This document shows, one piece after another, positions 1 to 12,000 of a stretch of 64,000 nucleotides of DNA (position 1 is the stretch's first letter; every line of letters starts with the position of its first letter). Location: contig JBHGNT010000007.1 of NCBI GenBank assembly GCA_043228905.1, forward strand, positions 17,608,001 to 17,672,000, read 5' to 3'. The notes under the pieces were generated by a model that saw nothing but the letters and a program-made list of their open reading frames with translations, was not told the origin of the DNA and made no database searches. Source of the stretch: Azolla caroliniana. Lineage: Eukaryota; Plantae; Polypodiophyta. The position numbers were made by a program, and so were the translations under genes.

Positions 1-2747
1 TTATCATCCAGCTTATCCTCCACCACTATATACCCCCTTGTCTCTCTTGATTTCCCCCATAAAACAAGATAAAGGCCGACGACAATAAACAATCCACCGG
101 TCAAACTGTAGATACATAACAAATTGTTATATGTACATGTCTCACCAAAATAACATCCAAAGGAAAAAGAAGAAAAGGCCCATTTCGCTAACCTTCCCAC
201 GGAAAGAGTTTCTTCTAGGAATACATAAGATAGTATTGCTACCAATATTGTTTGGAGAGGTTGATATGCCGCAACGAGTATTGGTCCCCCTTCATAAGCA
301 CACCATGCTTGGAGAGTCATAGCCACGCTAGATGCGAATAGCCCCTACATGCACAACATCATCAATTCATCATCATCGCTACTCCAACATTAATGTTTGT
401 TTATGTTAACGAAATATGGAAAAGCCATATGAAAACTCCAAAGCAAAAGAAAAAAAAAACAAACCCCGTATAAAATGGCCGAGAAGTCCAAAAAAAACGT
501 TGAAGCCCATACGCTAGGTGTTCTTTCCACACATATTGCTATCGATGCAAGCTGGATACTTCCAAATACATACGTAAATGCTGTCACCGATAGTTGTGCG
601 GGATAATCTTTCAGAACTGGCTTCTATCGAGGGTGGAAGTCACAAGGAAAAAGAAAAAACATTAGATCTTTTTGATGAATTTGGCCATAGTTCCATGACA
701 TTACACAAACCGAGCTTTTCTTCGAGTACTATACCTGTATGATGAACCATATGGCCCATGTTAAACAATTTCCAAGAAGACAGAGAACCCCCCATTTCGA
801 TGATGCATTCGAAGAAGACCCCAACATTACTAACCTTTGAACAAACGATCCTCCAACTGTGAGTAGTGACGGATCTTTGTATAATCCGATCACCATAGCT
901 CCACTAACAGCTATGATCATCCCCAATACCTTTGCTTTCCCTTCTCTTGTTTTAAGCCTTATTTTCTCTATCCTAAAGACACAAAGGTAAAAAGGTCAAG
1001 AAAACAATGCTTTTTACTGACAATATGAAGGCCTCTTTCCAAGAAACAGTTCAAACCCATGTAAAGATAAAAACAAGCTTGAAGAATGAATCTACATGCA
1101 AGCATTTTGTCTCTATCCTAAACACACAAATTTTTACCCAAAAAACAGCAAACACAGGGTTCATGGTGGTATTAAGTTGCTTTAGCGATCAAAAGGTCAA
1201 CTTTCGACAGCGATTGCTTAAAATCTTCACTATTTTAAGAGGTTATATTGAAATAGTACGGCAACTCTATTGTTCGCTTCTATCTTCATTCATGATTATC
1301 TTAGTCAAAGTTCGAGGAAGCCATATCACATCGATTTTGCACTCCCATCAAGTTTTGTGTAGACTTTTTAACACATATTTTCTTGTATCAATTACAGAGC
1401 ATTTTTGACATTATCAATATGCACCTGAGTAATGAAGCTAATGCAAATGTCAATGCAGGCGTCAGGTTTTGCATGGTAGCCGTGAATGTTGCCGAGGTAT
1501 AGGTTAGTCCTGTAACAAAAAGCATCTGGTTGCTGCAGATTCTGAAAAGAAGAAATTCCACACAGCAACGAATACAATCAAATCTTCATACAAGGTCCAA
1601 TTGTGTACAAAATGTTCACAAAAGAAGCTAGTTAGGCTGGAGGAGTTACCCAATTAAGCCGGTAACAAAAAACTGCGAGAGTTTAGTAAAGGTCAACGTA
1701 GGACGGGCGTTCCTGGCGAGGAAAAATGATAAAGAAGAATCTTAGATCATTTTTTATTCAGAATTCAGTGTTCTGTACTTAGATCTTACAACATCAGTAA
1801 AACATTGAATAGATGAAGCTGAAACATACTCTGATCTCATAGATCCTGCCATTATAGTTTTACATTAGTAGGAGAAACTTACGTACATCAAGCAAATACA
1901 TATCCCCAATTCCATGAATTCTGTAATTTTTTGTTAAAACCACCACTAAAAACTCTTATAAGACCTTAACCACCAAAACCCTTATATACGATCCTAAACC
2001 TGAAGCCGTTCTATGTTTATGCAGTTAATCATACATTCCCAGCACATTATGTGGAATTAACACAAGGTCTTCTGATGAGGACCTTACACCTTCGAGAATG
2101 ATGGTGACACAATAAAGAAAACATTACTGAAACCCTAGAAACCTAGAATTTTAAATCCTAAACCTCTAAAACCATTACCCCTCAAAACTCAAAAAATCCA
2201 ACCACTTAAACTATTAAAGGACTTACATAGAAGTTGCTTTTCAAGAAAGAAAGAATGAATGAATGAATGAAAGAGGCATGACCAAGGCAGCCCCATAAAA
2301 GCCCTAAATTACTAATGTCTGGCTCTTTTAGCCAAGCAAACCATACATTACTAACTGACATCATGCATAATCATCAGAAATCAGGTAGAACCCTCACCTT
2401 TCTAGGATGAAGGCCAAAGGTGCGACAAAGACAGCCGCGATGACATTCCGGTACACGAGGAAGATAGCTCGACTACTTGCAGAGCCATTCGAGAGGGCAG
2501 CACGTGCCAAGATCCCAAAAACTGCATAGAGAATCTGAACCAAAGCGGACGCCGCATGAACCCTACCATACAAGAAAAGAACCCGGGATTCCGTCGAGAT
2601 ATAACTGAGAAGGGGTTTCAGCATTGGGGAAGTCACTCTTCTCATGCTCATTTCAGAGCGACTATGGATGGAGTTAAGGTCTTTTGTCATATGTTGGCCA
2701 TGGAAATCAAAGGTTTTTTCATTGGTAGAGTTGTTTTTGGCGTCCAT
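1..2747 (-). CDS. WAT1-related / UMAMIT (nodulin MtN21, EamA-like) transporter, 7 exons, 3' end outside the window
   Basis: GT-AG exons read by hand: 2747-2398, 1712-1650, 1541-1425, 972-735, 623-465, 344-193, 105-<1. They join in frame to give FLVYRNVIAAVFVAPLAFILER, RPTLTF, TSATFTATMQNLTPALTF, GKAKVLG, WFIIQ..VLKDYPAQLS, LQAWC...GGPILVAAYQPLQTILV, GLYLVLWGK, and the exon sizes fit the family. The start codon (ATG 2747) is uncertain. Confidence 0.93.
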
Positions 2748-3171
2748 CAAAATATAAGAGTTTCTTAAGATTGCAATTTGAAGATCAATGAGTTCGGAGC
2801 AAAGTAGGCTTTCAATGGAATGAATCAATCAATCGAGTCCAAAATCTCAAAGCTATGAAGAACTGATTTAAGACCCACTTACAAAACTTTGGTTCGATGT
2901 TAAATTTAGGGTTTAGAAAAATTAAATAATTAGAGTTTAGTTTAGAATCCCTACCCTTTGATAAATTTCGGATTTCAATCAAATCTAAAACCTTTGATGA
3001 ATTACGGATTCCCTAAAATTTGGTAGAGTTAGGACTCATAAAAAATGCACACTTACTAAAATATAATTCTCTGAGATGAACCTAGGGTTTCTGCATTCTC
3101 TCACTAGGGTTTTGTACCCACTATAAATTTGGATATCTGAAATAACTTTAGAGCATTGGGATTGAGGTCTT

Positions 3172-3420
3172 ACTAGAATATTTACTTTGATTAGGGTTTT
3201 GACAAGAAAATAATATCCTCGATAGGGGTTTACCAGAATATAATACGCTTAATCAGGGTCCCCCCAGAATATGATACTCTTGCTTAGAATTATACAAGAA
3301 AATAATACTGTTGATCAGGGTTTTAGTAGAATACAATACTGTTGGTTAAGGTTTTACAATAGTATAACAGCTTTGATTAGGGTTCTACCAGAATGTAATG
3401 TACTTTATTGGAATTTTAGA
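3172..3420. repeat. Degenerate ~31-bp tandem repeat (~8 copies) with telo-box-like TTAGGGTTT cores
   Basis: Recurring agaatataatact(c/g)ttgat(t/c)agggtttt units upstream of the UMAMIT gene. Confidence 0.6.
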
Positions 3421-3789
3421 GCCCTTTACCTTATTTGGGTCTATCTTTGATATCCTTCTTTTAGGGTTTCTTCTTCTTCTTCTTCTTCTAGTCTACGTCT
3501 TGATTAGGGTTTTAGGGTCACTTACCGAAATTGGGTCTCTCTCTGATATCCTTTTATACGGTTCCTTCTTATTCTTCTTCTTCTTCACTCTCTCTGTCTC
3601 TGCCATTGCTATAGAGCGTAAGCTCAAAGCTATGGGCAGTCGTCATCTTCAGACTATTATTAGTTCCTGAGAGTATGTATGTATGTATGTATGTAATGTA
3701 TGCATGTAAGGCCTCTCTCTAAAGAGGAATAATTCAGAAAACAAAATGACTTACAAGTCAATGTGATGTGATAGCATGTGATGGATGTG

Positions 3790-4165
3790 CTTGGTCTTTG
3801 GTCTTGGTCTCTGCCTCCTGCGCCAGGTCGGATTAGAGCTCATGACCACCATCAGACTCGAGCTCGTGACCATCATTAGACAATGGCATGTGATGCCTTT
3901 TTGTGATGTGCTTGGTCCGCGCCAGGCCGGATTCGAGCCTGTGACCCCATCATCGGATTCAAGCTCATGACCATCAAGACAGTGGCATGTGATTGCTTTC
4001 GTGATGTGATTGGTCCGCACCAGGCCGGATTTGAGCTCGTGACCATCACTAGAATTCGAAGCTCATGACCATCAAGACAATGGCATGTCATGTGCTTGGT
4101 CCGCCGCACTAGGCCGGATTCGAGCTCTTGACCATCATCAGATTCGAGCTCATGACCATCAATCA
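3790..4165. repeat. Degenerate ~90-100-bp tandem repeat (~4 copies)
   Basis: Recurring ggtccgc..caggccggattcgagc..gtgaccatca...gagctcatgaccatcaagacagtggcatgt near 3822, 3913, 4011 and 4097. Confidence 0.7.
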
Positions 4166-5850
4166 TTGGGTATCAATTATCATCATCACATGAACTGTTG
4201 TTGTTGTTGGTGGTGGTGCGGTGGTGTGAGTGTGTTTGATTCAATGTGGGTTTATTGTTTAGGGTTTAGGGTTTGACCATTGTGTATCAAAGCTTCCAAT
4301 CCGAACCAACGATGAGGCTAAGCCGAGTGTTTCTGTTTTTGCAAAAGTCCAGCAAACTAAGGTTCTAACCACGACCGGTCAATCAGTCAACTCAATCAAT
4401 AGATAGCCCCCCCATAGCTTAACCTTTCACATGCGGGCATCACCTGGTTTCCTTGAGTTTAATCCCGAGAGTGCTTATCCTTTGCAGCCTCGCTCAATTT
4501 GATAGGATTCGAATCTTGTTGCGCTCGGCCCCCAATCTTGTTTAACTTTTACTAAACCTTTTGAATGAAAATAAATAAATGAAGCAAGCATTTGTGTGCA
4601 TTGAAAGCATTTGTGTGCATTGAAATTTGTCTTTCGTTCGACAATATTTCGATACCATTTCCATTTATTTTTTATAGTTATCACCTCTTGTGTGTATGCC
4701 ATCTAGTACGCAAATGATCTTGTGCATATGCCATGTTTGACAAGGCATGGCTTGGCCTTTGACTTTTTGAGCCAAAGAAGTGGAAACAGTCTTGTCCCTA
4801 GGGATACAATCCGATGCTTGACATCGCGTAACAACCTTAGTTCTAGTTTTGTACTTGGTGTTGGATTGCTCAAAGCAAATCACGTTTTTTCTTGATGAAT
4901 TGCAACTTTTGTAACTTTAGGTTGTCACAATTATTATTTGCTCTTGGCTTTTGGCAGGAATAAAAACAACATGCAAATTGTTATACTAGCAAAATGACGG
5001 ATCTGCAGAAATATACTCTAAGTTCTTGAAAATTTCGCGAGGATGAGGTTGTGTTTAACTTGGAACCATTCCTCCGAATGATCACTTAAACTAACTAGTG
5101 GACTATAATCAATCAAATACATGTTCATTTCCTAAAATATATATATTTGAAGATTTTTCAAAGAGTGTCAATTGTCAAGTAGGTCTTTGTCCCATGAACA
5201 TGCATCAAACAAAAACACAACAATGAGTGAAAATGGATTCACATGTGCGTGCTCGCACACATGGGTACATCTTGAACGAGGTGGTGAATTGTTTAGGTTT
5301 TCTTTTTGAATATGATTTGACGATACTAAAGGACTCAATAAAACCACAAAGCACTTGAAAAACTGTCCAATGCCTAGATCATGACTCAGGAGGAGGATCA
5401 TATTGAAGCACTCTGATCGATGTCAACCCGATCGAAGCACTCAGATCGACCTGAGTCTCCCTAATCCTCATGCAACAAGTCATCAATCATCAATCATCAA
5501 CCATCAATAATCAATCAGCAACCATCATCATCATCATCAATGCACAAAGTTACAAGCAAGTCACACCAAGCATGATGATTGAGTTCATAGGACACATTCG
5601 GGATTGAATCTCTCTTGTTCTCTTCCTTGCTCTGATCGGATTGACGATCGAAGGACCTGGATTGGGGGAAGGCAGGATGCGCATGCGCATGCGTGCGTGT
5701 GCGTGTGTACGTAACGGAACACAACCTCTACCAAAGGCAAGGAAAAACACATTCTCTTCTCTTATGTGTTTCTCTGGTCTCCTCCTCCTCTGTTTCAAGT
5801 GTGAAAGGAATCTTGAATATGCCCAAATCAAAATGTATGAAAAAACAGAG

Positions 5851-5856
<6 letters not shown>

Positions 5857-5885
<29 letters not shown>
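5857..5885. repeat. (GA)n microsatellite upstream of the NERD gene
   Basis: Direct reading of the sequence. Confidence 0.9.
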
Positions 5886-5887
<2 letters not shown>

Positions 5888-6010
5888 TTACAAGAAAAAA
5901 GAAAGAGAGACAGAAGGACATATCTGTAGGGCTCTCTCTCTCTTTCTCTGTGAGTCCATATACATATATGATATATATATGTGCAGCTTTCTGAAAATCT
6001 GTTTTGATCT

Positions 6011-9000
6011 ATGGGGGAATCAACAAGAGTGTGGAATCATAGCTATATGGCTTCTCTGCTTGGTCTTGCTGCTGCCTCTTCTGCTTACGCTCTTCTTAGA
6101 TGTGATTTCTTCTCCAACTGTTTCATCAATCCCTCATCTGAAGTAGGAATATCACGCCATGATGATGATGATCCACGACATTATGAAGATCTCATGGCCA
6201 AAATTCACATGTTGGATAAGTAAGTTAATTCTTATTTCTTTCAATTTGTTCCTCTTTTTAGTGCTTTTTTTTTTACTCTGTTTCCTAATTCAAGAGATTC
6301 ACGTCAAATAACAAAATTAGCTTATGAGAAAAGTCTGTGACGATTAAGTAAGGACATATCTGAGACTGGTTAGGATCATAAGAAAGATCAAGGTTAATCA
6401 TTGTGTATTTAAGAAGATTAAAGCCAGAATTGAGTCTGATTGATTACAAAAGTAAGCAAGATCAAGGCTAATTAATGGGGAATAATTATAGAGTTCTCCT
6501 TTTGGGTTCTTCTCTCAAAATTTACATGCATCACTTCCTATTTATCTATCTTCTTCCATCCAAGGTGCATTTCTGGCTTGTCTATCTGTGGCAAATTTTA
6601 CATGTATTTATCTAGGTTTTCTCTTGCAGTGGAGGCACACTTTTCCTCTGCTACTTGACCCTTCTTGAGATCTATTTTCATATCTTGGCTCATAGAGACA
6701 AGTTCAGCATGAGACGTGGTTGTATATCTCCAAAAGGAAAAAGGCAAGGGAAAATGGGGACCTGATTCGAGATCTATAGGGTATGCCATGGAGTTAACTA
6801 CTTCCAACAACTGAAGGGGCAACCCTGGAGGAGCAGAGGATGAACTAGCGAAATACTAGACCAGATTCCTGAAATGTAAAGATATAGGGTGTGATTATGT
6901 TGACTGACTTTCTTGGAAAAGAGCACAATGCACTCAAGCTCACTTGCATTGCCATTGCAAGCACTTTACAGAGGAATTCAAGCCATGAATAAGTAGGTGA
7001 AACAACTGGGGGAGGAGACAAAGTATATCACATGCTACAACCGTTTAAATTGGAAAGCCGAAGTCTGCATTTACATGTTTTTTAATGAAGAACAATCCTC
7101 TCATGGCAGACTGGGAATATGAACTCTCCCCCATCTGTTCGACTGACTAAGGAAGATGGGAAGCATGGTTCCTTGGTCAGGGAAATAAATACCACAAGAA
7201 CTTCCCTTCTCCAACATGATCAACCAACTCCCATACAATGAATTCATCAAGCACATCTTGCAAACAACTATGGATTAGAACTGATCAATATGGGAGAAAA
7301 ACCTGACCTGACCATCCTTATGCTTAGGATCTAATAGCCCTCCACAATGACTGCAAGAATATGGGGATATGGGGTCAGAATGATTCATCGTAGAAAAAAT
7401 TCTTCTTTCACGAACTTCTGGGAAATGTAATGGCTGGCTCAGTAGGATAGAATGGTAATAATTACAGCTTATATACGACCTGCCAAGAGTAAGCAGGGCA
7501 CATAATGAAAGAATGGGTATTGTAACCACCAAAAGGACTGAATCTCATAAGCCCACAGGCAATCTGGATCCCATTCTCTGGCATCCTCTCTAGATTCCCT
7601 CATAATTAATGGTCAGAAGGTTGACTTCTCTGCCCACACTGTACACATTAAAGGGCCATTTCCTAGCCTAGGGTAGGAGTGAACAAGTATATATACTGTC
7701 TGGGTAGGCGGGTATGCCCATGAGAAGCTAAGTATGTTTTGGCTGTTAATGAATAGACAAATGAAATGTTAACACCAAACTGACCTATGAGACCAGAGGT
7801 TAGAGTCATGTAAATCTTATAGAATGTTTGGTGAATAAAGCAAAATTAAAATGTACCTAAACTAGGTACCTGCACTATGTGACTATCGAAGAACAATTAT
7901 ACAGGGACTATCGGGGCAAGAAATGCAGAGGATAAAACGTGCAAGATGAATCTATTTTACCGAGAGAAGAACATGAGCTTGCAAGCCCATGAATGGTCTC
8001 ATACAATGATGCCATGAATGGATGGTAGTGAATTGCATGGGAGATTGTGCTTGATCTTGGACAATTTTACTGTATATCCTCTGACACATGGCAACATCTT
8101 CTATATAATGTTTTGCATATGCTGGGCATCTGGATCAAACCAAATGAATTGCTCAGTCAAGCAAAGTCACCCTATGAGGTTATGCTTGTGCTTGCATTCC
8201 TAGTCTATTGACCCAGCTGTTTGAAGAAATCTTGACATCTACCTTGGTACATACCCCACTAATCATGTACACCTTGGAACAAACTCTCTAAATTTGTGGA
8301 TCTCTTGTAACAAATAGCCCCAACATCTCTGATCATAGAAGTTCATGGCATGGGAGAATTGGTTCCATTAAAAATAATATATTAGTAACAACATTCATAG
8401 AATAATATAATATTAAGTAGCTAGTGGGGAAGAGAGACTATTATTTATAAACAAGTGGTCTATTAAATTCATGAATATATATGCGATATTATTTAGGAGG
8501 ATTGTAGTAGTACTACTAATTATGATGCCTATGCAGTCACAAAAAGGATGTAGGATACTAGTATAGGTAGAATATAGATATACAGCCTATTGCGAGGTAA
8601 TTTTCATAATGACGATGACGATGACGATTGGTCTCATCCCTGTCGTCCTCATTGTTGATGTATGCGACCACACATCGTTGTCTACCTTGATGAGGGAGTT
8701 TTTATTGGCACTGGATGGAACCTGTAAATTTTAGATCTGATTGTTGTGATTATGGATGAGATTGTCATCATATGTCCTTACTCGAAAATCACCAGAGGTC
8801 AGAGTAGAGACAACGTGGATGCTGGTTGGTATTACTATTGCTGTCGTTGTTGACAATTAGTAGGTTGTTATTGATACCATCATTGATGTTATGAAGTGAG
8901 TGATTATGAATGACAATCTCAATGTCGGGGTGGGGTAGGGATCATGCAGTTGAAGCAGCAGCTAGTATTACTATGCAAGAAGTGCTGTGGAAACTTCTTA

Positions 9001-12000
9001 AACTCTAATAGTTGACTCCAGTAGCATATGCAGTGTTCTTCGAGTTTCTGCTTTGTATGACATAGATAATTTATCCACAAATCAGGAGATACACTTCTAT
9101 CCCTATCTCTCCAACTGATTTGATGAGATATGGATCTGTCTAATGATGCATCTCAATCTTTTAGGCAAATGGATATCTAGGGGCATAGCCGCATAGTATA
9201 AATCCATCACATCTGATGTGAAGAAGATGGTCTCAATAGAATTCCATCATTGTATCTAGATCATGCGATGGTTGATATTATAGATCATAGTACTAATGTA
9301 AGCTCAAAATAAGGATAATGAAAGATAGATAGAAAGGAGAAAGAGAAAGAAGGGTGCCGATCCACCCGACCACCCCCGAGCGAAGGGATCGAGACGGACT
9401 CGAGCCTCGATCGGCGTCCCATACCACCGCCGTGGCGTCGAGTCGTACCTGGTGCTGGCGCGCTCGCTACAAGAGTTGACCCACCACACGAGCAGAGTCT
9501 CGATGTAGTCAAAAGATGATCAAATGAGGGTAGCTAGGCCTCTTATTTATAGCGATACCCAAGGCCCCCAGGCAAGTTCACACTTGACCTAATGGGTTGT
9601 CTCAATCCCGAGGATTAAAAGTAATCCTCCCCTTCTTTACACTCTCATTTAACCCTCACACTTATCCACGTGTATAGAATACTACGGTAAATTCTTACCA
9701 CGGGATATTATATGGTCATGCTCGTAACATACTCCCCCTCTTTAAAACATTGCACTCTTGCAATGGAAAGTTAGGGAAGTTAGTTCTAAGAGTATTTTCG
9801 CGTTCCCATGTGGCATCTTTTATTGATTTATCCATCCATTTTATTTTGAATTCTCGGATTTCTTTAGTACGTAATTTTTTTGTTTTAACATCGAGAATTC
9901 TTTCTGGTACATGTGGTTTAGAAGATAATTCTTCAGAAGTAACCAGAGTTTCAGTCGTAACTGTATTGTCGCCAGAACCTAGAAGTTCTTTTAGACGACT
10001 CACATGAAAGACTGGATGAATTCCGACACCATCGGGAAGAGCGAGACGATAGGCTGATGACCCAATGCGTTTGAGGACTGTAAAAGGTCCACAAAACCGT
10101 GGGGCTAACTTAGCGCACTTACCCGTAGACAATGTCTTAGAATTGTGAGGTACACGTAAAAATACCTTCTGTCCAGGGTTGAATACACGAGGTTGCCTAT
10201 GATGATCGGCATAAAAACGCGCTCTATCTTGAGCTGTTTTTATATTATCTCGTGCAATATGCAACATATCTTGCATATCCCGAAGAAAGTTTTGCGTACT
10301 TCGCAACTCATCATGATGTATAGTAACATCAATCGGGGCTCGTGGCTGAAAACCATACATCAACATAAAAGGACTATATCCCGTCGACGTATGCTTGGAG
10401 CTGTTATAAGCAAACTCCAAAATTGGGAGATAACGTTCCCATTTTGTTGGTTTTGCACCAACGTATGCTCGAAGCATGTCCTCAATAATTTGATTTACTC
10501 GTTCTGTCTGTCCATCGGATTGAGGATGATCCGTGGAGCTTATGCTCAACGTAGTTTCTAACTTCTTAAAGACTTGTGTCCAGAAGTCACTAGTAAACTT
10601 TGGATCTCGATCACTCACGATATCCATCGGTAACCCATAAAAACGAAACAATTCGTCAACGAATTGGTAAGCCAATTCAGGAGCTGTTACCGTGGTTTTA
10701 GTAGCAATAAATCTGGCCATTTTAGTTAGTCGATCAACGACAACCCAGATGGCATCATGACCTTTTTGGGTGCGAGGAAGGCTAACAATAAAATCCATGG
10801 ATATACTTTCCCACTTATTATTGGGAATGTCCAAGGGATGTAAAAGTCCTGCGGCTTTAAGTCGCTCGGCTTTGTTAACCTGACACTGGTGACATTTAGT
10901 CACATAGCTATGTATGTCAGGACGCATCTTAGGCCAATAAAATTGAGTGGAGATGAGAACGAGTGTACGATGTATTCCAGGGTGCCCTGCTGAGGGTGCA
11001 TCATGGCATTAAAAAAGAATCCTCTTTTTGACCTCGGGTAAATCTGGAACACAAACCTTCCCATTACGGTAGAGCAAACCGTTAGCAATGTGGAAGTATT
11101 CCTTCGAGGATGTGGTGGTGTCTGTTCCAGACTCAACTCTAGCCCAGTATTTTGCGAAATAACTGTCATCAGGATACTTTCCTCGAAGGTGATCATAAAG
11201 ATCTGATGATATTTCAGTGAAGCTAAGCGTGTTAACTTCACGGATGCGACTTAGTGCATCAGCGACAATGTTCATGGAACCTTTACGATATCGTATGGAA
11301 AAATCAAAGTCCTGGATGAGATCAGCCCATCGTGCCTTACGACCTTTCAAGTCTTGTTGGTCACAAAAATATTTCAAGGACTCGTGGTCCGTAGTTACCA
11401 CAAAGTGATTTCCATAAAGATAATGGCGCCATGTTTTGAGCGCATGTATAACTGCAAATAATTCCTTTTCTTGAACGGTATACCGACATTGAGCAGAATC
11501 AAGTTTCTTACTCTCGAATGCTATTGGTTTACCATCTTGATACAAGACAGCACCTATAGGATAATCACTTGCATCGGTTTCAACCTCAAAAGGTTTTGAA
11601 GGATCAGGTAAAAGAAGTGAAGGAGCCTTGCAAACTAGGTCCTTGAGTTCCTTAAATGCAAGGTCTAGTGTAGCATTCCACACAATAGGTTTTGTAGACT
11701 TACGCGTTTGACCTTTTAAAAGATCAGTAAACGGCGTCGTCAATTGGGAGTAATTACGAAGAGACTTTCGCAAAAACCCCACAAAACCAAGGAATGATCG
11801 AACTTCTCGAATATTCCGAAGAGTGGGCCAAAGCTTGATTTTCTCAATGCGAGAAGGATCAATTTCAACTCCTCGTTCGGTTATGAGATGTCCTAGATAA
11901 GTAATTGATTTCTTGAAGAACTCACATTTTGAGATCTTCGCATAAAACTGTTTGTCACGCAATGTTTGTAAAACAAAGCGGACATGTCTAGCATGTTCTT

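Noticed and set aside
4120-4135. 16-nt identity (TCGAGCTCTTGACCAT) with the Tcn1-like LTR at 39053
   Set aside because: About one 16-mer self-match is expected by chance in a 64-kb window, and the similarity does not extend.
4258-4274. Telomere or chromosome end
   Set aside because: Only about two TTTAGGG units are present; this is an interstitial telo-box-like motif.
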